DNA of 57,792 bases, filler included, from Sphacelaria rigidula (Eukaryota), in the NCBI GenBank assembly GCA_964200075.2. It is 9 parts of 9 records of this genome, joined end to end, with 100 filler letters (N's around TTAATTAATTAA, not from the genome) between each part and the next. Parts side by side here need not be neighbours in the genome. Positions count along the whole stretch, not along the records: positions 19,300 to 25,632 come from CAXNAA020020724.1; positions 25,733 to 32,064 come from CAXNAA020020725.1; positions 32,165 to 38,496 come from CAXNAA020020726.1; 6 more parts are not named here. The stretch is one strand, 5' to 3'. Shown here one piece after another: positions 23,301 through 35,995 of the stretch (its first letter is position 1; every line of letters starts with the position of its first letter). A program made the translations under genes and the position numbers. The notes below the pieces were generated by a model. The model was not told the origin of the DNA and made no database searches. It was given only the letters and a program-made list of their open reading frames with translations.

Positions 23301-24754
23301 GTACTTTCAACCAACAACAAAAAGCCAAACGCATCTGACAGGACCCGCGTTGGTTTCACCCTACAGTACTTGTAGTGGTGTCAGTTGTACCGTTACATCA
23401 CGTGGGCACCACTACTCGAGTAACGCAATCAATCGTACGCCGTGCTTGCACCCGTGTCTGCAGCGCATATGACATACTCATGCACACAGGTAGATACAGT
23501 TATACAGTGGGGGCCAGATCCAATCAATCTACTCAAGTACGAAATATCCAGTCCTCGTTACAAGATAAACAAACGTACGTGACCGAGGTACGAACATAAT
23601 CGGAAACATTTGCTGAGAATAACTCCAAAAATACAGGGGGGGGGGGGGGGGGAGAATAACGTGCTATGTAATCGACAGTCAAGGATGAAAAACAGAGGAT
23701 TCTGTAAAATGGAAACGATTTTTTCCATGGAAAAGTTTTTTCGATGGTATTCGAAACTGTGCGAAATTGTATCTGCCCCTCGAAAGCACCTTTGGTGTTG
23801 AATGTGTCAATGGTGCTCCAATGGTTTCCTTTCAAGGCGCCTTTGCGGGACCTGGAGCCACCCCCCGAAGAGCTTATCTTCAACCTCCAGTTCCCTTGAA
23901 GGCGCCTTCCAGCGGTATTATTCCTCACAAATACGACCACCATTGGAAAATTGTCGTTCTCATGAATATATATATATATATATATATCCTTCCCATTTTC
24001 CAGAATCCCCTGTTCAATTCAACAGTCCAGCAGTACACGCGAAACAAACCTCGCCATTTCCCAAAAAGAAGCCACATACACCCCCTGCCTCCACCACCCT
24101 ACGCCATCCTCCACTCACCGAAACATCACAACACTTGAGTTTATATTGTTCATCATTTTCGCACATACTCTCCATCTCTCGAACCCCTAGTCACCGACAG
24201 ACGTAGGCTCGCCTTACCAATACCCTCCCTGTTATTTCTCACAAGAGATGGGGCTCATATCGTTTCTTCTGAGAACGAAAAAATAATGATTACCATCAAC
24301 AAAATATTGAAAAAATAAAAATAAAACCATTATCATCACAAAAACATTTCACCTTTATGCAATCCCACGGCGCCCACATCATAAATCAAGATTTTTGCGG
24401 CCGCTGGGACTGCGGGTCCGATCTCGAATCGACCACTACTGCCTCAGGGGCCAGCAAGGGAATAAAAGCAACGGCCATTTTTTGTGGAAGCGGAGGCAAC
24501 GAAGGGTGGAAAACGGCCACTTCTGCTTCCGAGAAGCGCATCCTCGTGCTCTTATCCAAATACTTGTTGACTTCCATCATCTTCATGCGCTTGTATTTTG
24601 GCTTGTCCTTGCGGACGGCGAATACAAAGCAAAACGTGTCCACCTTCTCTTTCACGCCGGCAGCCTGCTTGACGCACGCATGGGTTCACGCACACGCAAG
24701 CACGACGGGTCATGGTTTTGAAGATTGAAAAACGCAAAAGCAGTGGTATGGGGG

Positions 24755-25070
24755 TCAGGGGTCAAGCGGAAGATACTGATGGTCTTGCACGCCGTAGTCA
24801 AGAGATCGTTGGACTCGCATCCCTACAAAGCCGAGACGTAGCACGCCGGGTTTTCGCCGGACCAGGTTCGTAATCAATCACCAAGCAAGAAGCTCCGTGG
24901 TGTGTTCGGCGAGTCGCACGAAGCGTGAGCTGCGTCCTGCCAAGATTGTTCGGCTCGAAACGTAGTGATCATCTTGGATGAGGATGACAGCCTACAATGA
25001 GTTGCCTCGTTCTCAGATATCGCAACCTCCAGAGACAGCCATGCGTTACATTGGCTCATGGGGGTGTACA
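24755..25070 (-). repeat. Interspersed repeat shared with ~42970-43270 (short matches at ~665-712 and ~36362-36400)
   Basis: Shared blocks ggctgtcatcct, tggcaggaygcagctcac, cctggtccggcgaaaacc. Confidence 0.75.
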
Positions 25071-25991
25071 TATTTGTTCATTTCCTCAGCCAATTGACCA
25101 TTGATCACGTATGCGTATTAAAACGGAGCACCGTTTCTACTCCTAGTTGAGACACCTCCAACATTTGGGCACGTTCGATATGTTTCTCCCATAAACTAGA
25201 CAAGAACCTGCCAGATACCTCATGCCCCTTCCTCTTCCACCGTCTGTTATCACTATCCATCTTCTATTTATTATTTTAACATCATTATTTCCGCACATTA
25301 GTCCGTCTCTCGAACCCTACAGTGACCGTTTTCTCGCCACAGTCTCGTGTACCAAACGAGCTTATGTCACATTCGTTTATTTCCGACACTTCCACCTTTA
25401 TTATAGCACGTCCTGCCCCTCCTTGTACACAACCGTCCACGTTCTCCCAATAAGTTCAGGTTCTGGATAGAATAGCAGAGAGATTGTTTGAATGACACTT
25501 TCTTTGTGTTTCTTGTCACAGTTTCACTCCCTCCCCTCCTTGCTTGGGCTGGGTCCAGAGTGTCCGTAGTGTCAAGGTACCCATGGATGGTACTGTACGT
25601 GCCCCGAGTCATATGCTACGGTAGGGAGAAGGNNNNNNNNNNNNNNNNNNNNNNNNNNNNNNNNNNNNNNNNNNNNTTAATTAATTAANNNNNNNNNNNN
25701 NNNNNNNNNNNNNNNNNNNNNNNNNNNNNNNNCTAGTGTTTCGGGTCTTCCGTGCAAGAGAGAAATGCCACTTCGACCCCATTTGAGAGATCAACGCCAA
25801 CATTTAAAATCGGCTGTTAAGTGGTATATTCAAATTAGAGCTTGCCACGGTTCGGGTTACCCACCGCCCGGTCCGCATACATTCGCAAATAACTGTCACG
25901 TGGCCCAGGTCGGACATGTTTGGCGAGGTCGCCGGTGCTTACGGCTCCCCCATTTGATCCGGGTCTTTGATTGTAATATTAAGGCGCCTCG

Positions 25992-26243
25992 GACACTTTC
26001 TACGATAGCCCCCCCCCCCAAAAGTGCATGGTTTTGTGAGGCAAAATCTTCACGTAAATTGAAATGGGAAAAGCCGAGCACAACGAGAAGCTGGGAATTT
26101 TTACGCTTGGGTTTGTTCTAGCCGATGTCGCGAATGTGAGGCGCTTCATGCACAGCCTGAACGCGAAGATCAGGCGCTATATGGTTGTTGTTTTTCGTGA
26201 CACTTTTAGCTGGTTTTTGGGGGGGGGTATCGTAGAAGGTGTC
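25992..26243. mobile_element. MITE, 252 bp, GACAC termini, 4-bp TSD CTCG
   Basis: TIR GACACTTTCTACGATAGCCCCCCC / GGGGGGGTATCGTAGAAGGTGTC with ctcg on both sides; second copy at 43479-43737. Confidence 0.8.
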
Positions 26244-27284
26244 CTCGAAGGATCAGAACAGGAAATTATATGTCAGGATATGTTACAAGACATCAATGCT
26301 GGCCCCGGTGTAGCCAACGCCCGCTGCCAGGTGCTGCGGTCTCCCAAACAATACAACTTGTTTCCGAACAAGACTTACACGAATGCTGCAACTCATGTCT
26401 GGGAGACAAATGTGAGCAAGATCATCCCCCTCCTACGATAATGGTAAGGCGCACAGATATTTGCGAACATGTTCTTCACTGGCATATACGCCGAATCGGG
26501 GCATTTTTTTCGGCATGCTACGCCGCACACCCTCATGTGTGGCAACATTCCATTCCGGTCCTGTGCCGGACCATGGAGGCGCGGTCCGATCACGCCCGTG
26601 GTGGTTGGGAAGGGAATTTGACGTTGAAGTACATGTATTATTTTTCCCCCTGGTAGGCACCATGAATGAAGACGATATACCCTAAAGGGTACTTCAGAAG
26701 TCCACCCTATGTGCTGCCTTCTCCGTCGCCAGTAAGGACCTGAATCTCAAACATATCTTGACATAGCGCTCAAACCGTAGCCATGACAATAACAACTGCG
26801 AGGTTCATTCTAAGAGGCTACGCCAGAACGGATTCCGCTCGGGCGTCGATCGATTGCGGGCTATGACGTGCGCCTGCACCCGCATAATCGCACGGCAATG
26901 CACACCCAGTAGACCCTTTGTCGCCGACTCCGTTATGATAGCCGCTAAAATCTACATCCACTACCCTAACCATCGCTTCAAAAAGGGATGGCGAATTCGC
27001 TCAGCATGGTGAGGAACGAACACCGTACCCAGCCTGGCGCCATGCCGACCTTATGTAGGTCACCCGCGACACCTCTCAGCGCCCATCCTTGCTGTTACCT
27101 GACACGAAAGGCACCACTGACGGCAAGCACGGGACAGTGCAGTCGAAGGATGGAACAAGTGTTGTCTCGTGTTTAAATACTACATTAGGAGTGTTAGAGA
27201 AGAGGAGGTAACGGAGAAGGTCGGTGTCTCCCTCGATGCAATAGCGAATCGAGAATGGGGTTTCCCCGCAACGTAAAAAGACAG

Positions 27285-27575
27285 GTAGAGTTTTGAGTAG
27301 AGTATTGAGTTCATACTCAAGTGATATAATATACTCAAGTGTCACTGAGAGTACTGACCCAAAAATTGAGTAGAGTGTTTGAGGTCGTCCTCGACCTGCT
27401 CAAAATCTGAGTAGAGTATTGGAGGCCGTACTCGACCTACTCAGAAATTTGAGTAGGGTGTTGGAGGCCGTACTCAACGCACTCGGAATCTGAGTGGAGT
27501 ATTCGAGGCCGTACTCGGCCTACTCGAAATTTGAGTAGAGTATCGGAGGCCGAACTCGATCTACTCAAAATGTTA
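27285..27575. repeat. Array of ~42-bp self-complementary GAGTA/TACTC units (block 1)
   Basis: Units such as tgagtagagtattggaggccgtactcgacctactcagaaatt. Confidence 0.85.
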
Positions 27576-28086
27576 GTAGCGTATCCGAGGCGGAATCCGA
27601 TGTACCGAAAACCTATAACTTCAACTTCAATATTACAGTTCGTACGCAAGATACCCAAAGCCGGGTAGAGGAAATACCGAGGGGTTCCTAGAGTTGCCCA
27701 TCCATGATGAGTGTTGATTCAAGGTAAAACTGTCTCATCAAACCGTCGCCAGTACAGTCGCTCATTCTGATTACACCTACTCGACTACTCCATTACTCGA
27801 CGATGATGAGTAGCGCTCTGTACTGAAACTGATATCGAAGGCGTGAAGAGGTTTCGAGTATGAACTGCCGCGGGTGGGGGCTGGTGACATGGGGCGTTGG
27901 GGCAAGTAGGTGCGTGCACCTGCACGCTTCTTGGGTTTTATATGGCCATTATTCCCTCGTATTCGTTGTTGGCTGCGATGTAAAGCCGCCCATCTAATTG
28001 ATGGCCATCGTTCGCCCATGCATTCAACATACTCAGTGAACTCACGTCACGAAGTCGCCGACTGTAAGGGGTATACTCACCATACC

Positions 28087-28740
28087 CAAGGGTACTCCAT
28101 ACTCAAGTATTACTGAGAGTGCCTACTCAAGATTTGAGTAGAGTATTCGAGGTCTTACTCAACCTACTCTGAGTAAAGTGTTTGAGACCATACTCAACCT
28201 ACTCGAAATTTGATTAGAGTATTTGAGACCGTACTCAACCTACTAAAAGTTGAGTACGGTATTGAGGCCATACTCAAGCGAAACTCGGTACTCAAGTATT
28301 ACGGGGAGTACTTACCCAATTTTTGAGTAGAGTATTTTAGACCATACTCAACCTACTAAACATTTGAGTAGAGTATTTGAGACCATACTCAACCTACTAA
28401 ACATTTGAGTGGAGTAGTTGAGACTGTACTCCACCTACTTAAAATTTGAGTAGAGTATTTGAGACCGTACTCCACCTGCTCAAAAATTGAGTAGAGTATT
28501 GAGGTCATACTCAAGTGATACTCTATACTCAATTATAACTAAGAGTGCTTACTAAATGTTTGAGTAGAGTAGTTGAGGTCGTCCTCGACCTGCTCAACAT
28601 TTGAGTAGACTATTGGAGGTCGTACTCGGCCTACTCAAAATTATAGTAGAGTATTTGAGGCCATACTCGACCTACTCAAACGTCGAGCAGAGTAAATACT
28701 TGAGTACTCAAAAGTACATACTCTACTCCACCTACCCTTG
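28087..28740. repeat. Array of ~42-bp self-complementary GAGTA/TACTC units (block 2)
   Basis: More than ten units like tttgagtagagtatttgagaccatactcaacctactaaaca, bounded by caagggta...tacccttg. Confidence 0.85.
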
Positions 28741-28958
28741 CAAGCATGACGAGGCGGGGCCTACGTCGGGACCCTGTCTGTCGGCACCGAGCCAACATGT
28801 GAGGAGTAATTGCTCACAGGATTGTTACGGATGCAATACCGATAGCAAAACGCAAATACAGGAAACGATATCTCTGCGCAGCGCATGACCTTCATGACGG
28901 CACCTCAGTCTCACCTCGCGTTTACGCAGCATCTCGCTTCAGCATCACTTCCCCCCCA

Positions 28959-30603
28959 TCACGCCAGTGTAACACGTGCCAAATGTCGAACCATCTCTTC
29001 CCCGCCTCCGGCTCCCTCCAAATCACACGACGACTCCGACGACCACCCGTAAACACTCTCGGATCCTGTATCTTCACTCGTTGAGTCCGGCGCGGTCCTG
29101 CTGTCCCCCCAGTCGCCGTCATCCCACCCCTGCATTCCAATCACCTCCGCGAGTAACCCTTCACTGAGTAAGCCTTCACTGAGTAAGCCTTCAGTCGACA
29201 GTCCTTGAGCTGATAGCCCTGAAGTGGGTAACCCTTCACCTGGTAACCTTTCTAGGGGCGATCCGCGCGTCTCCAGGGCGGGCGGCAGGCATCTCCCCTC
29301 GCACCCACACAAGAAGGGGTGGCAATCTTTGCGCAGCCTGGCGCACGTGCAAGAGCGCTTGCATCTGTGCTTCTCCGAGGCCACGGGGTTACATCTGCAC
29401 AAAAGCCGCTGGGTCTTCCCCGCGGGGTCGATGTATGCGTGATCCCATAAGTTGACAACAATATTGTTTTTCGTGAGACGCTCCCCCCTGTGTTTGTTGG
29501 CCGTGTTCCATCCGCGACCGCAGAACTCGATGGCGTCCCCCCATCCAGTACTCGAGGACGGCATCCGCGCGTTGAACTTGGAAGCGCAAGGATTCCGCGG
29601 GCGGCACCAATTCAGCAGGTTTCTTATAGCCCATCTCCTACCTCAAACGCCGCACCCAGTTCACGAAGACGGTGATATGCCCCCCCGCCTGGTCCCGGAG
29701 AATGTCCTCCGGGCTTCTTTCCTCCGCCGAGAATGCCGATTCTCTCTTGTAGTAGAAGGCGACGGCGAGGAACTTCACCAGTTCGTCCTCCTCAAGTGTC
29801 ACGTTCCTGCCCTCGAACCTCAGAACCGGCTTCAGGAAAAAACCCGGCACACGCAGACCTCTGAGGAGCGCGTTCCACATAGCGAGGAAGGGCAGTCCGT
29901 GGAAGCAAGGGAGGAAGTCACACCCACTCAGTAAATACACCAACACCAACAGAGCGACCCTCATCCCCGGCTTTTCATGGACCCACGCACTGCTGCCTTC
30001 CCAAGCGCCGTGAGCGCCGTCGGCGAGATCGGTGACGGCTCCGTACACCCGGTTTATGTTGACATATTCCGTGCCGTTTCGCAGCCGACGGCGCAGGGTG
30101 ACGCTCATGCGTTCATGGCCCTCGGCGGCGATCTCGCCCGTCGCCATAGCAAGCAATACAATCATGAGTATATCCGTGTCTGCAGACGTCAGCGTCCATC
30201 TCCGGATCCTGCTCTCACCGTCATCACCTCCGTATTTCGCTTGGTGAATCATGAAATGCACGGCTGCCAGCTCTCCCTCCCTGACTTGGGGATCAAGTGC
30301 GTGATGGACGAGACTCTCCTCGGCGCCACCGTTGCGCCAATGGGTAATGTTCATGGCCGCAGAATTATCCTCAGGTTCGTGCGCTGCGCTGCCGGAGCCA
30401 TCGTATCTCAGGCGGGTTACGGGCGAAGAGTCCACCGGCGTCACCCTACATTGCGTATCATCGGCGGAAGACGTCATCCTGTCCACTTCTGCTCTCCGCA
30501 GCATAGCGGTCGTTTCACCTTCAACGAGACGGCCGGGGGGCGCACATGTCACCTTCCCTGAGGACATGGCCGCCGTACTGCGCCTGCGGTCGACCGAGTA
30601 CAT
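28959..30603 (-). pseudogene. XPG/FEN1-like PIN nuclease plus C-terminal CXC-type Cys cluster; Academ-like transposon protein remnant
   Basis: Motifs REGE, SADTDIL, LSGCDFLP, VPPAESLRFQVQRA...YW, GW, then CRC-x9-C-x3-CTC-x6-C-x4-CGC-x3-C. Intronless, with an in-frame stop at 29638-29640 and a frameshift near 29530. Confidence 0.75.
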
Positions 30604-32628
30604 CCGGCGGCGGAGAAAGTATCATCCGGGCATTGGAGGTTGCCGTCGACGGGAGACCTGCCTGCGGCGCTCTGCCTCCAGTTACACACAACGGGACGGG
30701 GGGAGTGTTCGCGGAGATATGATCCAGCGGCGGGCGATCGCCGGCAAGCGGGCTTATTACCGCCGGTTGCACAGTCTCCTCCGCTGCCCCTGACCACGCC
30801 GTGCGATAGGCCATGACACTGGTCGGTGCGGTACCCGCCACGGCCACTGGACTATATGCAGTCGCGGGGGCCAGTCGCAGAGGGCCACTCAGCAGATGCT
30901 GTGGCGTGTTCTCCGTGTTGGGCGCATATCGGAGGGACTCGCCGACTCCCAGACGCCCATCCGCCGGCGCGCTGGGTGGATACATTGCACCATGTGACAG
31001 CGTACAAGAAGTATTGCCCCCTTCTCTGCCCCGCCGGCCCCAGGAGGTGCCGCCAGCTGTAGATCCGTGGCAAATGTGGGATTGCAGCTGCTCCTCTCCA
31101 CAGGGATCTGTCGGCCGCAATATGGAGGTGTCCACCCCATAAAACCTGAGGGACGGTGGCTGCTTCGGGTCCAGTCAAACATCCGAAGAAACTGTCGAAC
31201 AGCAATACGAAACTTTCCGGAATCGGCATCAGACAGTGCTCAAACAACGGAACAGGGATCGACAAGTTACCGGTCGTATCAGAAAACAATGCGCATGGAA
31301 CGCCTTCGCAACTTGGAATACACAGATTTTGATGGAAAGAAACTTCTCCGGGCCCCCATGTCTGTTGTACCCGCCTGTAATAGTCTTTCCTCGTTCATCG
31401 ATACCTGGCTGGGGGACAGGAAAGTCGTCCTCCCTCCGGTTTTCAAAACCGTTTCAATTTTGTGCATGCAGATCATAAAAACCAAACTCTCTAGCTTTCA
31501 CAGGTCTTTCGACTTCGATGCAGTTGGTTACCGTGACCCATGATCTCCTGACATCGGAATAATTGTTACTTATGGGAAGCTACTACTTGTACCGTACCGA
31601 GCTGTTCACGTGACCAGCGTGCTGCACATTGCCTATGCGCCACGCTAGCAACAGTTAGGTCACCACCGTAGGTATCGTTTTTCACTCCGCATGTCAAAAA
31701 GATCCCTACAAGTGTTTGATCTCTCATACACCCTCCTCAACTGGCATGTGGCAGGTCCTTCTGCTCTTCTGCTCGGGTACCCCATTGGGAGAGGTCGGCG
31801 AAAATCAATGATCGATGAATAACACCCTCTAAGTTCAAATTGGATCTATCTGTTATTGCCGCAGCACCGGCCTTTCTGGCATGTGTGTGACAGAGAACAG
31901 TAGTAGCGGTGACGGGAATATTGACCTATTTTTTCAACATGTTTTTCAGCGCACAGAGGCGCGTCCTGTCCAAATGGAGAGGCAGAGAGAAATCGATCTT
32001 CGCGTTGGCGACAAGCAAGAAGAGACGACGGAATCTCTCCGCAGCTTGGTGTTCCGGGACATGGNNNNNNNNNNNNNNNNNNNNNNNNNNNNNNNNNNNN
32101 NNNNNNNNTTAATTAATTAANNNNNNNNNNNNNNNNNNNNNNNNNNNNNNNNNNNNNNNNNNNNATCCGTTTCCCCTTTCAACGACGCTCTGCCCTGAAA
32201 TTTCGAGGTACAAATGGCCCAAAATACCCCCCCCCCCTATCGTAGGATGACTCTCTTGGGCTGTCTCATTCTTTCCTATCCTAAAGTATATACTTGACCG
32301 CAGTCTATTCAGTAGTTCCGGTACAGTGTAGTGCATGAAACGTATACGTATGGAAGCTTGTTAACAGAACAAGACCACAAAGATAGGTGAAGTCGATTGA
32401 CTTGTGTGTAGTATCAGCAAAAAAGGATCCCAAAAATGGGAACGAGATTGTTTTATGGGAACGAACAGAAGTCATTTTTTGCAAAGTCATGATACGGTAG
32501 GGATTGTACATTTTAGTTCAGATCTTTCTCATTCGCGGGCTCCTCTCGTCAGGAGCTACACAAACAATATGGGTCAGGACACTACCGTTTCTAAACTTTG
32601 TTCGGGAGACCCCTTAGCCCATTGCAGT

Positions 32629-33555
32629 GCCGTCGTCGAAGTATGTGCGGCATTCGGTCTCGTCGTCGCGGAAAAGAAGACGGTCACCATGCATATGCGC
32701 TCTCCGAACATGAAGACGGACAGGATCGAGGTGGAGGCAGCGGGCAAAAGATACAAGCAAGTTCAGTCGTTCCTCTACCTTGGTGGAAAAATCAGTAGCA
32801 TCGGTCACTCCCGAGATCCACAGCCGCATTGGCCAGGCCTGGGCGTGCTTCTACGAGTACAGCAAAGCGGTACATGGCAGCCCGTACACCGCCCTCGCCA
32901 CCAAGGTTCGTCTCCTGAAAACTGAAGTGATCGAGGTAATGCTGTGCTGCTGCGTGACCTGGACGATCGCACACGACAACTTCGGCGCGTTACGGGAGGC
33001 GCATCGAGGATCCCTGCTGAGGTGCCTCAACAAGCATACCGCAAGCCGCAGCACACCTGACTACCACATGCTGCTATACCACTAGGTCCTTCAACGAACT
33101 AGCTGCGGGTGCATTGAGGGCACAGTGATGGAAGCGAACCCTCCTATACGCTGGCCGCGTTGTGCGCATGCACGATGAACGCCTCCCAGACATCGTCATG
33201 CGTGGACTCATGGTTGGGGGAAAGACGAGGGCAGGCCGACCAGCGAGGCGCCTACAACACTGTTTCACGGACTACTGCTCGTACTTTGGAATAAAAGCGA
33301 CATCGTGAACGCAGGTTGCCCAAGAGGTGCCCGAATGGTCCCGAGCTGTAGAGGAGGTGGCTAAGATGTACATGGCAGCCTGGACGAAAGCACGCCACGA
33401 TAAGACACTTTTTGCTGTACTACCACTAGAGCCCCCCCAGTGCCTACCGAGGACCTTCAAAGAGTAACCAGTCCATCGGGTAGTACACTCACTATTGCAT
33501 CTGCGATCTCTCCGAACAGCTGTGGTGATGGTCTATCAGGGTGCCTGGGGTTGCT
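32629..33555 (+). pseudogene. 5'-truncated RTE LINE (RT C-terminus and 3' UTR)
   Basis: FGLVVAEKKT, FLYLG, EIHSRIGQAWACF, TKVRLLK, AGRVVRMHDERLP, GRP, with stops and frameshifts. Confidence 0.92.
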
Positions 33556-33776
33556 TTTCGAGTTGCTTTACCCGGGAGGTGGGTTAGTACTCTCGGTATT
33601 TCCCGGGTATGACGGAATCACGCAGGTATGACGTCAAACCTTCGCTCAAATTTTGGGTAATGTTGGGTACGATATCAATACTCTACCAAATATTTTGAGT
33701 ACTGAGAGGACGACTTCCCTAAACACTCGGGTATCGGGTATACCCTGCACAACGCACCCTTGGAAGTACTTCATCG

Positions 33777-34410
33777 AGCTCTGCGATGGCTACCGGGGTA
33801 GACCTACACGAGCAGACTGCCTCGAGCAACATCATCAATAGGGATAAACAAAACCACTCTTGCCAAGGCCTCCTCAAGATAGCGCATACGTCGGAGCCAA
33901 GCCGCGCGCCGCAGATCCAACCTGCACGCACTCGACAGGATGCTATCCTCCGCCCTCGTTTCCCCAACCCTCATTACCCCCCACATCCCTCACCACGCAA
34001 TCCATGTTCGTGAGTAAGCTTGATGCCAAACAGAGGTAATCGCCAGGCTCTGCGATGGCTACCTGGGTAGACCTACACGAGGAATCTGCATCGAACAACA
34101 TCATTAATGATAAAACAAAAATATACTCTCGTCAAGTCCTCCTCAAGATATAGGATACTTCTGAGCCACGCGCCGAAAATCCAACCCGCACGCACGCGAC
34201 AGTGTCCTCTTTCGCGCTCGACATCGCCCCGACCTTTCTCTTCTCTCACGCTACGCAACTCTCGTCCACCACATTAAGCTGTATGCGGAGCAAAGGTACT
34301 TTGTCGGTCCCTGCGATGGCTATCTACATAGACCTACACGAGCAGTCTACCTCGAGAAACATTCTCACCAAGGATAAAAAAGAAAGTCCGATCACGTCCT
34401 CCAGATGGAT
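33777..34410. repeat. Tandem repeat, unit ~270 bp, about 2.4 copies
   Basis: ctgcgatggcta...tagacctacacgag recurs at ~33781, ~34050 and ~34311. Confidence 0.85.
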
Positions 34411-34702
34411 ACGCGTGGGCTATGAGCATTGGCGCTACTGAAACGTACATCACCCCACATCAATGACACACTGAAATCGAATGACATCACATCACGACAT
34501 CGCTATACTCCCTGAATCCGGCTGTGCTGCCCAAACAACCGCTTCCCCCATCATATTTCAAATTCAAGCCCAAACAGATGGACATACTACGTAAGGTGAA
34601 AAAGAACTTATGTTGTCGCGACGACCAAAAGTGGATCACATCGGTGGGGTGCTCTTGGTATGGTACACCACGGTTGGAGCTACACGAAGTTCCCCCTTTC
34701 CT

Positions 34703-35995
34703 TCACTTTCTACTCTTGTTGTTTTTCTTCTTGTTTTTCTTCGTGTTTTTCTTCTTGATTTTCTTCTCGTTTTTCTTAGAAACTGCCACGAGTACTCCCT
34801 CGCCTTCTTCCACCGCCCCACCCTCGACGTCCTCCACACTACTGGGCCTCCCTCCCGTCACATCCCCTCCGACTGCCCTCGCTGGTATGGGCTGCTCGTC
34901 ACTACTGTTCCCTACCTCGCGGCCTCCGCTACCCATCGAGATGCCTGTACTCAATGGCATACCGTCGACGGAAAAACCCCCCGCATGGGGTGCCGAGCTC
35001 GAGGCCTTCCCGGGAGGCACGGTAGTGGTGGCGTCAGTCGACTGGGCAGCCCGTTCTGTCGACCGTTTGCTGGCGATTTCTTCAGAGGTCGAAACAGAGA
35101 CCACGCCCGCGGGCGACGTTGTCCCACCCCCGTTTCCGCAAGCGTTGCTCCCAACCCTACATGTAGCCCCGACAATACCTCCAGACTGCATGAGCAATCC
35201 TGGACATGGCCGGTGAGAGATGGGTGTAGAGGCCATGCTGTCGGTGCGCTCTGGCGGCAATACACTGGCGTCATTGGCCGACCCCTTGTAGTGTTTTCCA
35301 AATGATTCATCGCCGATCCCCCGAGAGGAGTCTGTCGACCTGCCGAACGTGAACGTGCGACAGCTAGCGCCACCGGCAGACCCAAACACCGACGCAAACG
35401 GTACCTTGACCGAGCGGAATTCTACCCCCAAGCTGCCTCCACTCCCACGAGCCCCCTGCCCCTTTGCACCAGTGCTGCCATGGATCTCCTCGCTAGAACT
35501 CACAACGCCTCCTGCCCGCAGAAAATTGGTCGAAGGTCCCGCTGCTCCGTTGGCGACGCCGGTGTCGGCTAGGAGGAAGACATCCTTGCCATCAGGCTTG
35601 GCGTTGGAAACATCGATGCCATAAGCGGGAGCCCTTCGGCCTCGGTGGGGGATGCGGAGTCCACTACTGCGGGTCTTAACATGTACCTGTCGAGCAGCGG
35701 TAGGTGACACTCCGACGGCAAATACGTTCACCCCGCCCACTGCACCCGTCCCATCGCCGCATGGATCACTGATAGTGCCCTCCCGAGATGGAGAGTCAGC
35801 TGCCCCCGACGAGCGACAATCTATAGCAGCTGGGCTGCCTCCCCTAGTAGCTTCTCCTCCCACGCCAGCAACGACGTCCACTTCGCCCACAGACTCGGTG
35901 CCATGCCTCCGAGAGTCTGCGCCGGCCGTAGCCTTCTGGGACGGTGAAGGAACACTTCCCGACGCAACACGATCTCGAGCACCAATATCATCCAT
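34703..35995 (-). CDS. 430-aa low-complexity Ser/Gly/Ala-rich ORF with Lys-rich tail; possible terminal exon of an unknown or decayed gene
   Basis: Longest ORF in the window. A candidate acceptor cccag| lies ~75 bp upstream (GVVEICRALAQVQRLGPFAKWFLEFMDD). No recognisable domain. Confidence 0.4.
   Translation of the reverse strand: MDDIGARDRVASGSVPSPSQKATAGADSRRHGTESVGEVDVVAGVGGEATRGGSPAAIDCRSSGAADSPSREGTISDPCGDGTGAVGGVNVFAVGVSPTAARQVHVKTRSSGLRIPHRGRRAPAYGIDVSNAKPDGKDVFLLADTGVANGAAGPSTNFLRAGGVVSSSEEIHGSTGAKGQGARGSGGSLGVEFRSVKVPFASVFGSAGGASCRTFTFGRSTDSSRGIGDESFGKHYKGSANDASVLPPERTDSMASTPISHRPCPGLLMQSGGIVGATCRVGSNACGNGGGTTSPAGVVSVSTSEEIASKRSTERAAQSTDATTTVPPGKASSSAPHAGGFSVDGMPLSTGISMGSGGREVGNSSDEQPIPARAVGGDVTGGRPSSVEDVEGGAVEEGEGVLVAVSKKNEKKIKKKNTKKNKKKNNKSRK

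Noticed and set aside
26250..27250. Partly open plus-strand frames suggesting a decayed gene
   Set aside because: Multiple stops and no recognisable motif; cannot be supported by eye.
27285..28740. CRISPR array
   Set aside because: Units are contiguous diverged repeats with no unique spacers, no cas genes are visible, and the context is eukaryotic.
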